From positions 376,278,001-376,342,000 of the forward strand of contig OZ024743.1 in NCBI GenBank assembly GCA_964016885.1: a stretch of 64,000 bases of DNA, written 5' to 3'. The position numbers and the translations under genes were made by a program. The first letter of the stretch is position 1. Each line of letters begins with the position of its first letter. This document shows, piece after piece, positions 22,409 to 32,948 of the stretch. Origin of the DNA: Eledone cirrhosa (lineage: Eukaryota). Below the pieces are notes generated by a model, which saw nothing but the letters and a program-made list of their open reading frames with translations, had not been told where the DNA came from and ran no database searches.

Positions 22409-25157
22409 GATAACAAATAATAAAACAAACTATAAAGTAGGTGAACATGTTAAACAAACTAAACTTAGAAAATTGAAAAGAAAGTACAGTATAAAATCAA
22501 CAAGTGACATAGACATGCTGATAGAAATAATCAAGCAAAAAGTGTCGGCCAAAGCTGCTCGTATAAGACGCTTTGAAAAACGATCTAGAATCTATAAGGA
22601 CAATAATATGTTCAAAAACAACCAAAGAAACTTCTACAGAAAAATTGGTAAGTCAACAATAACTGCTAAATCAATACCACCCAAGGAGGAAGTGCAAGAA
22701 TTCTGGGAAAAGATCTGGGCCGAAGAAAAAGTTCATAACATACATGCCCCATGGACAGACAGACAAATGAAAGATACAGCTCACCTTGAAGAACAAATAT
22801 GGGAAAATATAACAGTTGAACAGTTGCGCTTGGCTCTAAGGAAAACCAGCAAATGGAAATCCCCAGGAAAAGACAAAATACAAAATTTTTGGATAAATGC
22901 CTTCACAGAGTCTCACGAGCTGTTAGCCCAACTTTACAATGAAATAGTTAAGGAGCCAGAAAAGATACCATCATGGCTAGTTAACGGCATTACATTCCTG
23001 CTTCCGAAGAATGATGAGACAAACAATCCCCAAAATTACAGACCGATAACTTGCTTGACCACAATGTATAACATTTTAACATCAGTCCTAACTGAATATA
23101 CATATGACCACCTGATAACAAATGACCTATTTCCCATTGAGCAGAAAGCTCATATGGCTGTAAGGATCAGCTTTTGGTTAACAAAATGATACTGGAAGAT
23201 TGTCATTATAGACACAAAAATCTATCAATTGCTTGGATAGATTATAAAAAAGCATTCGATAGTTTGCCACACAGTTGGATTGAAAAATGTTTAGAGATTT
23301 TCAAAATATCCCCCGTTGTCAGGAGGTTTTTGTCATTCGGTATGAAGACATGGAAAACGATACTCCTTTTGAATAGTGAAACAAAATCACTGGAAGCTGG
23401 AGAAGTTAATATTAATTGTGGAATTTTTCAGGGTGACTCTTTATCACCGCTTTTATTCTGCATCGCACTTATACCATTAAGTAAAATGCTCAATGAAACA
23501 AAACATGGATATAAAGTCTATGACAAAACCATTAATCACTTGTTCTACATGGATGATGAACAATTGCAAGGGCTATTATCCACTGTGGAGCAGTTCAGTG
23601 ATGACATTAAAATGGAGTTTGGACTAGATAAATGCGCCAAAGCAACGTTCACCAGAGGAAAGCTGCTGAAGAGTTCAGACATTAATCTTGATCGGGGGAA
23701 TGTGATAAGAGAACTTGATCAAGAAAAAACTTACAAATATCTAGGTGTTTGTGAAGGAGACGGAATCAAGCACTCGACAATGAGGGAAAGGATAAGGAAG
23801 GAATGTTACCGCAGAGTAAGAGCAATCTTAAGAACGGAATTGAATGCAAGGAATAGGATCGATGCCATAAACACGCTTGCCATACCAGTAGTAACCTACA
23901 GTTACAATGTCATCAACTGGTCAAGCACAGAGATCCGTAGGCTCGATACAAAAATTCAAAAATTCTTAACCATGCACAGAATGCATCACCCTAAGGCAGA
24001 TACAGATAGAATATATCTCCCTAGGAAAGAAGGAGGACGTGGGTTAATCCAGTTAGACATTGCGTTGAAAACTGCAACAATTGGATTATCTACATATCTA
24101 AGGGAATCACATGATTGGATGATCAAACTCGTTTTGAAACACGAAAGCATCAAAAGATCATACTCCATTACAAAAGATGCACAAAGATACAGTAATGGAC
24201 TACACATTCCAGAAGTCCCATTTACTGCTGAAATGGAAAACACAGAAAAAGCAAAGCAAGTAAAAGTAACCGCAAAGAAAGAACTGCTACAGAAACTGGC
24301 TAAGAAATGGCAAGAAAAGCCTCTGTATGGAAAATACCCAGAAAGAGCTAACAATACTGATGTTGACAAAACTTTAACACATCAGTGGTTGGCATCCTCT
24401 GGACTGAAATCGGAGACTGAAGGACTGATTATATCAGCACAAGATCAGCGTCTGCCAACAAAAATTTACCAAGCCAACATAATAAAAAATGGATGCAACC
24501 CATTATGCCGTGTATGTAAAAAACAACCAGAGACCATTGATCATATAATTTCAATGTGCAGTCCTATAGCTCCAACCGAATACCTAAACAGGCATGGCAG
24601 AGTTGCACAATACATACATTGGATAATGTGTAAGCATTTTGACCTGCCCCATCAAAAGAATTGGTGGGAGCATCAACCACCTCCCATACTTGAAAAAGAT
24701 CACATCTCAATCTTGTGGAACTTTAGCATCCAAACAGACCGAAAAATAGATGCAAATAGACCTGATATAATACTGAAGGACTTTAAAAACATTTGAAAAA
24801 TTGAGCAAGTATAAGGACCTGGAGATAGAAATTGGAAAAATGTAGAAATTGAGAACTAAAACAATACCAGTGGTTGTAGGCGCTCTGGGAATGATACCTA
24901 AGGGGTCTAATGATTACTTATCGCAAATCCCAGGAAACCCGCGTATAAGAGAAATACAAAAGATAGTACTAATGGGAACTGCCCATATACTAAGGAAGAT
25001 TCTGTCAATTTAAGTACATCACAAGTCTAAACACCTAAAGATGCATGTGTAAGTATGTATGTTCTTTCTTGAACATGGCAGACCTTGTTGTCTCTTGAGG
25101 TCACTGGTTGTGACTTGGTGATAACTCGTATGAACATAAAGCAAGATAAATACAGCT
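22409..25157 (+). mobile_element. R4/Dong-like RLE non-LTR element DongA copy 1, 5'-truncated, defective
   Basis: WKSPGKD, YRPITCL, WIDYKKAFD, GIFQGDSLSP, YMDD, CRVC-x8-H-x4-C, RH and RPD motifs; 13-bp frameshifting deletion near 23148; (TAA)n tail. Confidence 0.9.
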
Positions 25158-25183
25158 ATAATAATAATAATAATAATAATAAT

Positions 25184-25262
25184 TGTTTCTATTTTAGGCA
25201 CAAGGCCAGCAATTATCCAGTACATTACTGGTACTTTATTTTATCGACCGCGTAAGGATGAA
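25184..25262 (-). mobile_element. SINE 3' fragment (same family as 48280-48597)
   Basis: Minus strand reads TTCATCCTTACGCGGTCGATAAAATAAAGTACCAGT...GGCCTTGTGCCTAAAATAGAAACAATTATT. Confidence 0.8.
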
Positions 25263-26870
25263 ATGATTTCATCTATTAGCCACAAAAGCCGACATGTAGG
25301 GGACAATACAAAGCTTCTCCGAGTGCGTCATCGCACTTGCCCACCACTAATCCTCTATAGAATTCGAGAGTGGAAGTTCCACTGATCGCATTGCCCGCTA
25401 GGTAGAGGGCAGTGAATGCCTGGCAACATTCCAGGTGCCAGTCACCCAGTCTCGGTCTCTTCTTGACCCAGGACTGCAGCTCAGTCAAAGAAACGAGCTG
25501 CGGAAAGGCCCGTCTGATAAACGGCGACCACACCTGTTCACCGTTTAGGCAGAATATCTTGAGATGTCGTATGGAGCTGGCTGGGATTGCGCAAGTTTGC
25601 GCCTCCCCAACCAAATCCTCGACGACAAACGCCAATCTCTTTGCTAACACCTTGGCCAAAATCTTAAACTCTGTGTTGAGCAGAGTTATGGGCCTGAAGT
25701 TGTTCTCGTCTTTCCTTATCAGCGTCACCACTCACCTGCTCACAGAACTGGGAATACTCCCATTCTGCTGCCAGTTGCAGTAGAGTGCTTCGAGGAGATC
25801 GGAGAACAAGTATGGCATATTTATGTAAAGCTTGTAGGGCAGGCCATCCAAACCGGGTGACTTGCGCCTCATGCAGCCGACAAGGCGTCCTGAATTTCGG
25901 CTGAAGTAATCGGCCTTTCGCAGCGCTCAGCGTCGACCGTCGAGATGCGCGGCAAGCTGTCAAGGTAGGGATTGAAATCCGGTACTCTCTCTGACTCGCC
26001 GCTCTCCCCGAACAACCGAGCAAAGTGCTGGCGAAAGGCCACACACATCCGCTTGGAATCGCTTATCTCGTGTCCGTTTCGGTCCGCCAAAGACCGAATT
26101 GTGGTTTTAATACCACGCTGCGCCTCCGCGACGCGGGCCCATCGAACAGCTTTGGTACCCTCGTTTCTCAGCGCACGCGCCTTAGCTCTGACAATGTAAC
26201 CTTCGAGTTTCGCATTGAAGAAATGGTCTAATGCCATTCTCGCCGCTAGCATGTCAGTTGCAATGCCACTACAAATAGCCTCGTCTAACTTATCTACCAG
26301 CTCCCCCTCCTTTCTATTTTTCTCTAACGCTAGTTCTTTGCTGAACTCTATCGAAGTTACTCTAATCTCTCTTTTGAGAACCCCCCCATCTGTTGTTGAT
26401 GATCCCCCCAGTCAACCTTTGCGTAACTAAATTGTTGACTCGGTCCCTGTAAGCCTTACGTGCCGGAAATGACATGTTCAGCTTCCAGTAACCCGGTCCC
26501 AACCTCCGCGTTTTATCTAAGTCGACCATACAGATCACAAATTTATGATCTGAATAGGCGACCGTTTTAAAAAGTGAGCAGCCTACACTATTTCTATCTA
26601 TTTTCCTAGTGAAGATCCTGTCTATATACGATCTAGATGACCCCATTCGGTTGGTCCATGTCCATACTGGCTCATTGGGGAAATCTAGTCGATACCTATC
26701 AGACAGTTGGAATTGGCTGAGTAGATGCTTGAGGCTTTTACACCCCCCGCTCCTATCAGCTACTTCCACACAATCCCAGCGTGCGTCTAAGATGCCATTC
26801 CAGTACCCCGCTAACAGTAAAGGGCGAGACGTACCCAGAAAGGTCTCCAGGCGCCTAAAAAAGTCCGGCA
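25263..26870 (-). mobile_element. TxB copy B2, internally deleted and 5'-truncated
   Basis: Colinear with B1 apart from two deletions of ~0.8-0.9 kb and one of 18 bp. Confidence 0.88.
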
Positions 26871-29161
26871 AGTGAACAGACACACCAACAAACTGATTTG
26901 AGTATCACAGTTGAAACTCTTAAGGGGCAGGCCAAAAATCTAACCAACTGGAAATCACCTGGCCCAGATGGTGTGCAGGGGTATTGGAGTAAAAATATAA
27001 CATCCCTCCACCCGAAACTGACAACCATGTTCAATGACTGCTTGATGTCAGGTGAGGTACGAGAGTGGTTGACAAAAGGTACCACAGTTCTGGTAATGAA
27101 AGACCGAATCAAGGGTAATGATGTTACCAACTATAGACCTATCACATGTCTGTCCGTAATGTGGAAACTGTTAACAAGCATTGTGTCTGAGGAAATCTAC
27201 TATCACCTCCACACAAACAACTTGTTACCGGACGAACAGAAAGGATGCCGAAAGAAGTCCCGTGGTACAAAGGACCAGTTACTTATTGATAAGATGGTAA
27301 TGAGGAATTGCAAGAGGAGACACACTGGTCTTGCCATGGGATGGATAGACTACAAAAAGGCATTTGACATGGTGCCTCATTCTTGGATAACCAAAAGCCT
27401 AGAGATCTTCAAGGTGGCAGATAACATCAGACAGTTGTTGAGAAAAAGTATGAAGTCCTGGAAAACAGAGTTAACATCAGCTGGAGAATCCTTGGGAGGC
27501 GTGAAGATCAAGAGAGTTATCTTCCAGGGAGATAGTCTGTCCCCTCTGTTGTTTGTCCTTGCCCTGATGCTCCTGACCATTATACTGCGAAAAGTGGGAG
27601 CAGGATACAAGTTGGGAAAGGGAGAGCTTACTATCAATCACCTCCTCTTCATGGACGATCTTAAGCTCTTCGGGAAGAGTGAGAAGGAGCTGGATGTGCT
27701 TGTTGACACTGTCTGTATTTTCAGCAATGATATATGTATGCAATTTGGTATTAGTAAGTGTGGAGTCCTTGTGATGAAGAGGGGGTAAATTGAGCAGAAC
27801 CAACGGAATCCAGGTACCAACAGGTGAGATGATAAAGGAAATTGACACTGAAGAAGGATACAAGTATTTGGGTGTTCTGGAGGCTGATGACATCAAGAAC
27901 AAAAAAATGAAGGAATTGATAAGACCTGAATACATTCGGAGAGTAAGGAGCGTATTAAAGTCACATCTGAACAGTAGGAATGCCATAAGTGCAGTAAATT
28001 CCCGAGCTGTGTCTATTATTATGTAGAGTGCGGGAATTCTGAGATGGAATGTTGCTGAACAAAAAGAAATGGATAGGAAGACTAGGAAGCTATTGACTAT
28101 CTACAATATGTTCCACAAGAGGAGTGATGTCGATAGACTCTACTTAAGGAGATCTGAAGGTGGAAGAGGTCTTATCAGCATAGAGGACTGTGTTCAGATG
28201 GAGAAAAACAACCTACACAAATACGTGACTGATAGTAAGGAGCCAATGCTCAGAATTGTACTGAAGGAGAGGACAATAGACCAGGGGATGTCCAAGGAGG
28301 AAATAACAACGAGGAGGAGAAAGAGCAGCCTTCATAAAAGATCCCTTCATAGTACCTTCTTTGAGAAAACTGAATTCAGAGATCCACAGACATGGAACTG
28401 GTTGAAAAGAGGAGACCTTAAAAAGGCTACAGAAGGTATGCTAATATCTGCGCAAGACCAGGCCCTCAAAACGAAGTGGCTGAAACACCATATTTACAAG
28501 GAGGAGACTAGCCCACTGTGCAGGATCTGTGGAGAGAGAGAGAGGAGACTGTGGCTCACATTGTATCCGAGTGTAAACACCTAGCCCAGACTCACTATAA
28601 AGGCTGGAGACATGATGTGATGGGCAGGGTGATCCACTGGCACCTATGCAAAGTAAACAATTTACCACATTCTGAGAAGTGGTATGAGCATAAGCCAGAG
28701 GCGGTGATAGAAAACGATCAGGTGAAGGTGCTGTGGGATTTTAAGATACAGACGGACAAGAAACTGGAACACAATAGACATGACCTGGTGGTTTTGGACA
28801 AGGAAAAAAGATCGTGCCTGATTGTGGATGTGGCCTGCCCATTCGACACGAGAGTGCAAGAGAAGGAGAGGGAGAAAATTAACCGATACCAGGACGTAAA
28901 GTGGGAGGTAAAAAGGATTTGGAACTGCCATGAAGTCAAAGTGGTCCCGATTGTCATAGGCGCACTAGGTACTATCTCAAAAAAGTTTCCAGGGATGGTT
29001 AAAGAAAATTGGCCCCGCCTCGCTTTTTGGAACACTTCAAAAGGCATGCTTGCTGGGAACAGCAAGAACCCTCCGATACGTCCTGAATATCTGAGGCTGC
29101 AGGTAGTGGCTTTCAACAAACTTTCCAGTTAACTAACATCAATGACTGAGACTCAAAGAAC
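26871..29161 (+). mobile_element. R4/Dong-like element DongB copy 1, 5'-truncated, frameshifted
   Basis: WKSPGPDG, YRPITCL, IFQGDSLSP, FMDDLKL, CRIC..H..C, RHD and RLE-like DLVV..CLIVDVACP..EK motifs; ends at (AAT)n. Confidence 0.9.
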
Positions 29162-29232
<71 letters not shown>

Positions 29233-29493
29233 TTTCTTTATTAACCACAAGTGTTTACATAAAGTAGACATTAAGGACAGTGCAGGACAATGCAGGACGG
29301 TACAAATGGGCATTTCTGCGTGTAAAAAAAACAAAAATAGAGGATGTAACAAAAATAACAATGAAAATAACAATGAAAAATTCCCCAATAGGGGGGAGAC
29401 TTCGGAGGAACATTTGTGGAGAAAGCCCAGTAAAAAGCCACAATGACCCTGACCACCAAGGCAAGTGCCCTCTCCCAGTTTTCCACCTTTAGT

Positions 29494-32400
29494 TTACAGA
29501 TATATACTCAGAGTCGGCCCATTCACTCGGGCCATTCTTGCTTCTCTCACCCATCTTTCAACAAAATGCTGGGAAGAGAGCACTTCCTTCTCTACTCTGA
29601 TTTTCCTTTTCAAATGAAATTTGAAAAAGTCAATCAGAGCATCACCGAAGAGGTAAGTGCTCGTCTTCAGCCCTTTCAAACGTGTCCACCATACTATCTC
29701 TTTCGCCATGGCCACCAGGCAGATAAAAACTGCCTGCCCTTCCCGGCTAAAGGAGGAGGGCGGGGCAATCCTCACGATGGACTCAGATGATAGCCGGATC
29801 CGTCCTAAACGCGACAGCAGGTGTTCGACATAAACCCACAAGTCAGCAATTTTCGGACACTGGACGAGTGCGTGCAGGACGGTTTCGTCGCCCTGCGCGC
29901 ATCTCGGACATGCCCGGCTGACGGCACCTCCATGCCTGTAGAGTTTATCCCGAACTGGCAAGGCTCCTCGGTAGCACTGCCAGGCCAGAGATTTCTGGAA
30001 GTTGTCCATAGGCCCTGGCCCGAAAGTTCTTCCGAAGAGATTGGCTAGTTGATTTTCGTCGACGCCTAGAGTTTCCCCAAGTACGTCGTCGCTCTTCCCC
30101 TCCACTAATCCTCTATAGAACGCCGAGGTGGAGTTTCCACCGATCACATTGCCCGATTGGTCGAGGGCTGTGAGCGCCTGAAGACATTCCAGTCTCCAGG
30201 CGCTCCTTCTCGGTCTTCGCTTGACCCAGGACTGCAGCTCCGTCAAGGAAACGAGCTGGGGAAACACGCGTCTAGCAAACGGCGACCACACCTGATCACC
30301 GTCGAGGAAGAGGTGGAGATGTCGTAGCCTGAGCGCGTGCCTGCGCATCATCAGCCACGGCATGCCCAGCCCTCCACGTAGCGGGTGTTGACAACAGATG
30401 GACCGCCTGACCATCGGAGCGCGTCCCTTCCACAAAAAGCGAAAGAGCAAACGCTCCAGCACAGTCAGGCGAGGCTTAGGACAAGGTACGACGGTCAGGC
30501 GGTAGCAGATGACGGACGCGATGTACGCGTTAGCCACCTCCGCTCGACCTTTCAGGGATAGCTTCCTCTCGGCCCATTTCTGGGTGAGAGAAGCCACCCT
30601 GCTCGTCACCTCGTCCCAGTTTTTGTCCGTCTGGAGGTCCGGACCGAACCAGACCCCTAGCAATTTAACCGGTCCGTCCGTCCAGCGTCCGACGACGCTG
30701 TTGGACGGCATGGACCTGCCTCTCCAGGTGCCGAGCTGCAGGCCCACTGACTTTTCCTGGTTGATCATTGCTCCTGTCACCGCTTCGTATTCTCTTAGTG
30801 TAGTGCCGATCGCCTCGATGTGTTTGGCGTTCGACACCACTACGGTGACATCGTCCGCATATGCTGATACGGATCTTCCGCATCCTAGTTCGCGCGGGAC
30901 CCCCCTCAACGTCTCCAGTTTGTGCAGTAATGGCTCGAGAGTCAATACGTACAAGAGGGACGAGAGGGGACATCCTTGGCGGACCGAGCGCATGATGTTG
31001 AACGGTTCCGACAGGTGACCGTTCACTCTCACCACAGAGCAGATGTCGCTGTGCATGGCAGCGATCCAGCCTCTGAAGACGGGCCCAAAGCCAGCCGCCC
31101 TCAGGACTGCCGCTAGGTAACGATGGTCGACCCTATCGAAAGCTTTCGACTGATCTAAATTGATCAAGGACCCACCCGTGCCAGGTTCCCTAGCTACCCT
31201 CTCTACGATGTATCGCATGAGGTGGAGGTTGTCGTGGATGGATCTGTCGGGAATGGCGCATGTCTGCGCCTCTCCCACCAGACCACCAACGACAAGCGCC
31301 AACCTCTTTGCTAGCACCTTGGCCAAAATCTTAAACTCTGTGTTTAGCAGAGTTATGGGCCGGAAATTTTCTATGTTATCCCCCTTGTTCGGATCCTTTC
31401 TCAGCAGTGCCACCGCTCCTCGGCTCACAGAACTGGGAATTCTCCCGTTCTGTTGCCAGTTGCAGTAGACGTCCGCCAAGAGGCCTCCGAACAAGTCTGG
31501 CATCTGTACGTAAAGTTCATAGGGCAGACCATCCAAACCAGGCGATTTACCCCTTGTGCAGCCAGTCATTGCCTCCCTTACTTCAGCGGCTGTTATCGGC
31601 TTTTCGCAACACTTCGCCTCAGTGGCCGAGAGCCGCGGCAGTCCGTCGAGGTAGACACTAAAGTCCATCCCTCTACCCGGCCCACCGCTGCCCCCGAACA
31701 GCTGAGCGAAGTGTCGCTGAAAAGCTTCACACATTTGCCCGGGATCGAGTAGCATGCGCCCGTCGTGGTCCACCAAAGACCGGATCGTGGCTTTGTTGCC
31801 ACGACGCGCCTCCGCCACTCGGGCCCATTGAACGGCTTTCGTCCCCTCGTGTCTGAGAGCACGCACCCTTGCTCTGACAACGCAGCCTTCGTGCTTTGCA
31901 TTGAAGAATTGGTCAAGGGCCAATTTCGCCGCAAGCACGTCGGTCGCAATGCCTTTGCTAAGCGCCTCGTCTAATTTTCTAACTAGTTCTCCCTCTGCTC
32001 TATTTTTCTCTATTGCTAAAGCCTTACTAAATCTAATCGATTCTATTCTAATCGCTCTTTTCAGAGCAAACCACCACTTGTTGTTGACGATGGCCCCCGT
32101 CAACGCCCGCTTAACTAGTTCGCTAATCCGGTCTCTGTAGGCCTTGCGCGCTGGTAAGGACGCGTTTAGCTTCCAGTAGCCGGGTCCTCGTCTATGAAGC
32201 CTATCTAAGTCAAGCACACAGATCACGAATTTGTGGTCCGTGTAGCTGACTATCTTGAATTGTGGACAGCCTATGCTAGACCTATCTATTTCCCTACAAA
32301 ATACTCTATCTAGATATGATCTGGATGACCCTATGCGGTTTGTCCAAGTCCACATTGGCACATTCGGGAAATCCAATCGGTACCTGTCAGACAGTTCAAA

Positions 32401-32913
32401 ACGCCTGAGCAGGTTGGTGAGGCTCTTGCACCCTCCACCCCTATCCGCTAATCCCACACAGTCCCAGCGTGCATCTAAGATCCCGTTCCAGTCGCCCACT
32501 AACACTAAAGAGCGCGACGTTCCAAGAAAGGTCTCCAGACGCCGGAAGAAATCAGGCCGCCCTGCTCCTGTCGGGGCATAGACGGCCACTAGCCTGAAAG
32601 CTTGCCCGTCTCCGCTGGTCACGTCCAGCACCACCAGCTTACCCTCTGGGTCCAGGAAGATGGCCCGTATGGCGAGATCCAAACCTCTCCGAAAAAGTAC
32701 AGCAACTCCTCCACCGGATCCAGGACGGCTGGGAGATGCGTACACATCGTAGCCGCCGAAGATCGGTGCGAAGGCCCGTGCTTCGGAGATTCTGGTCTCG
32801 CTGATGGCCACTACATCTATGTTTAGTGACCTGAGGTCGTTGAGCAGGTGACCCTGCTTCCATGACGACCCCAAGCCACGCGCATTTATGCTGCCTATTC
32901 TGAGTGAGGTCAT
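29494..32913 (-). CDS. TxA ORF2p APE-RT-CCHC (1139 aa)
   Basis: Same motifs as A2; one visible amino-acid difference (VEREV vs VEKEV). Confidence 0.96.
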   Translation of the reverse strand: MTSLRIGSINARGLGSSWKQGHLLNDLRSLNIDVVAISETRISEARAFAPIFGGYDVYASPSRPGSGGGVAVLFRRGLDLAIRAIFLDPEGKLVVLDVTSGDGQAFRLVAVYAPTGAGRPDFFRRLETFLGTSRSLVLVGDWNGILDARWDCVGLADRGGGCKSLTNLLRRFELSDRYRLDFPNVPMWTWTNRIGSSRSYLDRVFCREIDRSSIGCPQFKIVSYTDHKFVICVLDLDRLHRRGPGYWKLNASLPARKAYRDRISELVKRALTGAIVNNKWWFALKRAIRIESIRFSKALAIEKNRAEGELVRKLDEALSKGIATDVLAAKLALDQFFNAKHEGCVVRARVRALRHEGTKAVQWARVAEARRGNKATIRSLVDHDGRMLLDPGQMCEAFQRHFAQLFGGSGGPGRGMDFSVYLDGLPRLSATEAKCCEKPITAAEVREAMTGCTRGKSPGLDGLPYELYVQMPDLFGGLLADVYCNWQQNGRIPSSVSRGAVALLRKDPNKGDNIENFRPITLLNTEFKILAKVLAKRLALVVGGLVGEAQTCAIPDRSIHDNLHLMRYIVERVAREPGTGGSLINLDQSKAFDRVDHRYLAAVLRAAGFGPVFRGWIAAMHSDICSVVRVNGHLSEPFNIMRSVRQGCPLSSLLYVLTLEPLLHKLETLRGVPRELGCGRSVSAYADDVTVVVSNAKHIEAIGTTLREYEAVTGAMINQEKSVGLQLGTWRGRSMPSNSVVGRWTDGPVKLLGVWFGPDLQTDKNWDEVTSRVASLTQKWAERKLSLKGRAEVANAYIASVICYRLTVVPCPKPRLTVLERLLFRFLWKGRAPMVRRSICCQHPLRGGLGMPWLMMRRHALRLRHLHLFLDGDQVWSPFARRVFPQLVSLTELQSWVKRRPRRSAWRLECLQALTALDQSGNVIGGNSTSAFYRGLVEGKSDDVLGETLGVDENQLANLFGRTFGPGPMDNFQKSLAWQCYRGALPVRDKLYRHGGAVSRACPRCAQGDETVLHALVQCPKIADLWVYVEHLLSRLGRIRLSSESIVRIAPPSSFSREGQAVFICLVAMAKEIVWWTRLKGLKTSTYLFGDALIDFFKFHLKRKIRVEKEVLSSQHFVERWVREARMARVNGPTLSIYL

Positions 32914-32948
32914 GTTTAAAATAGAGTGGAAAAGATGGGAAAGACCAC

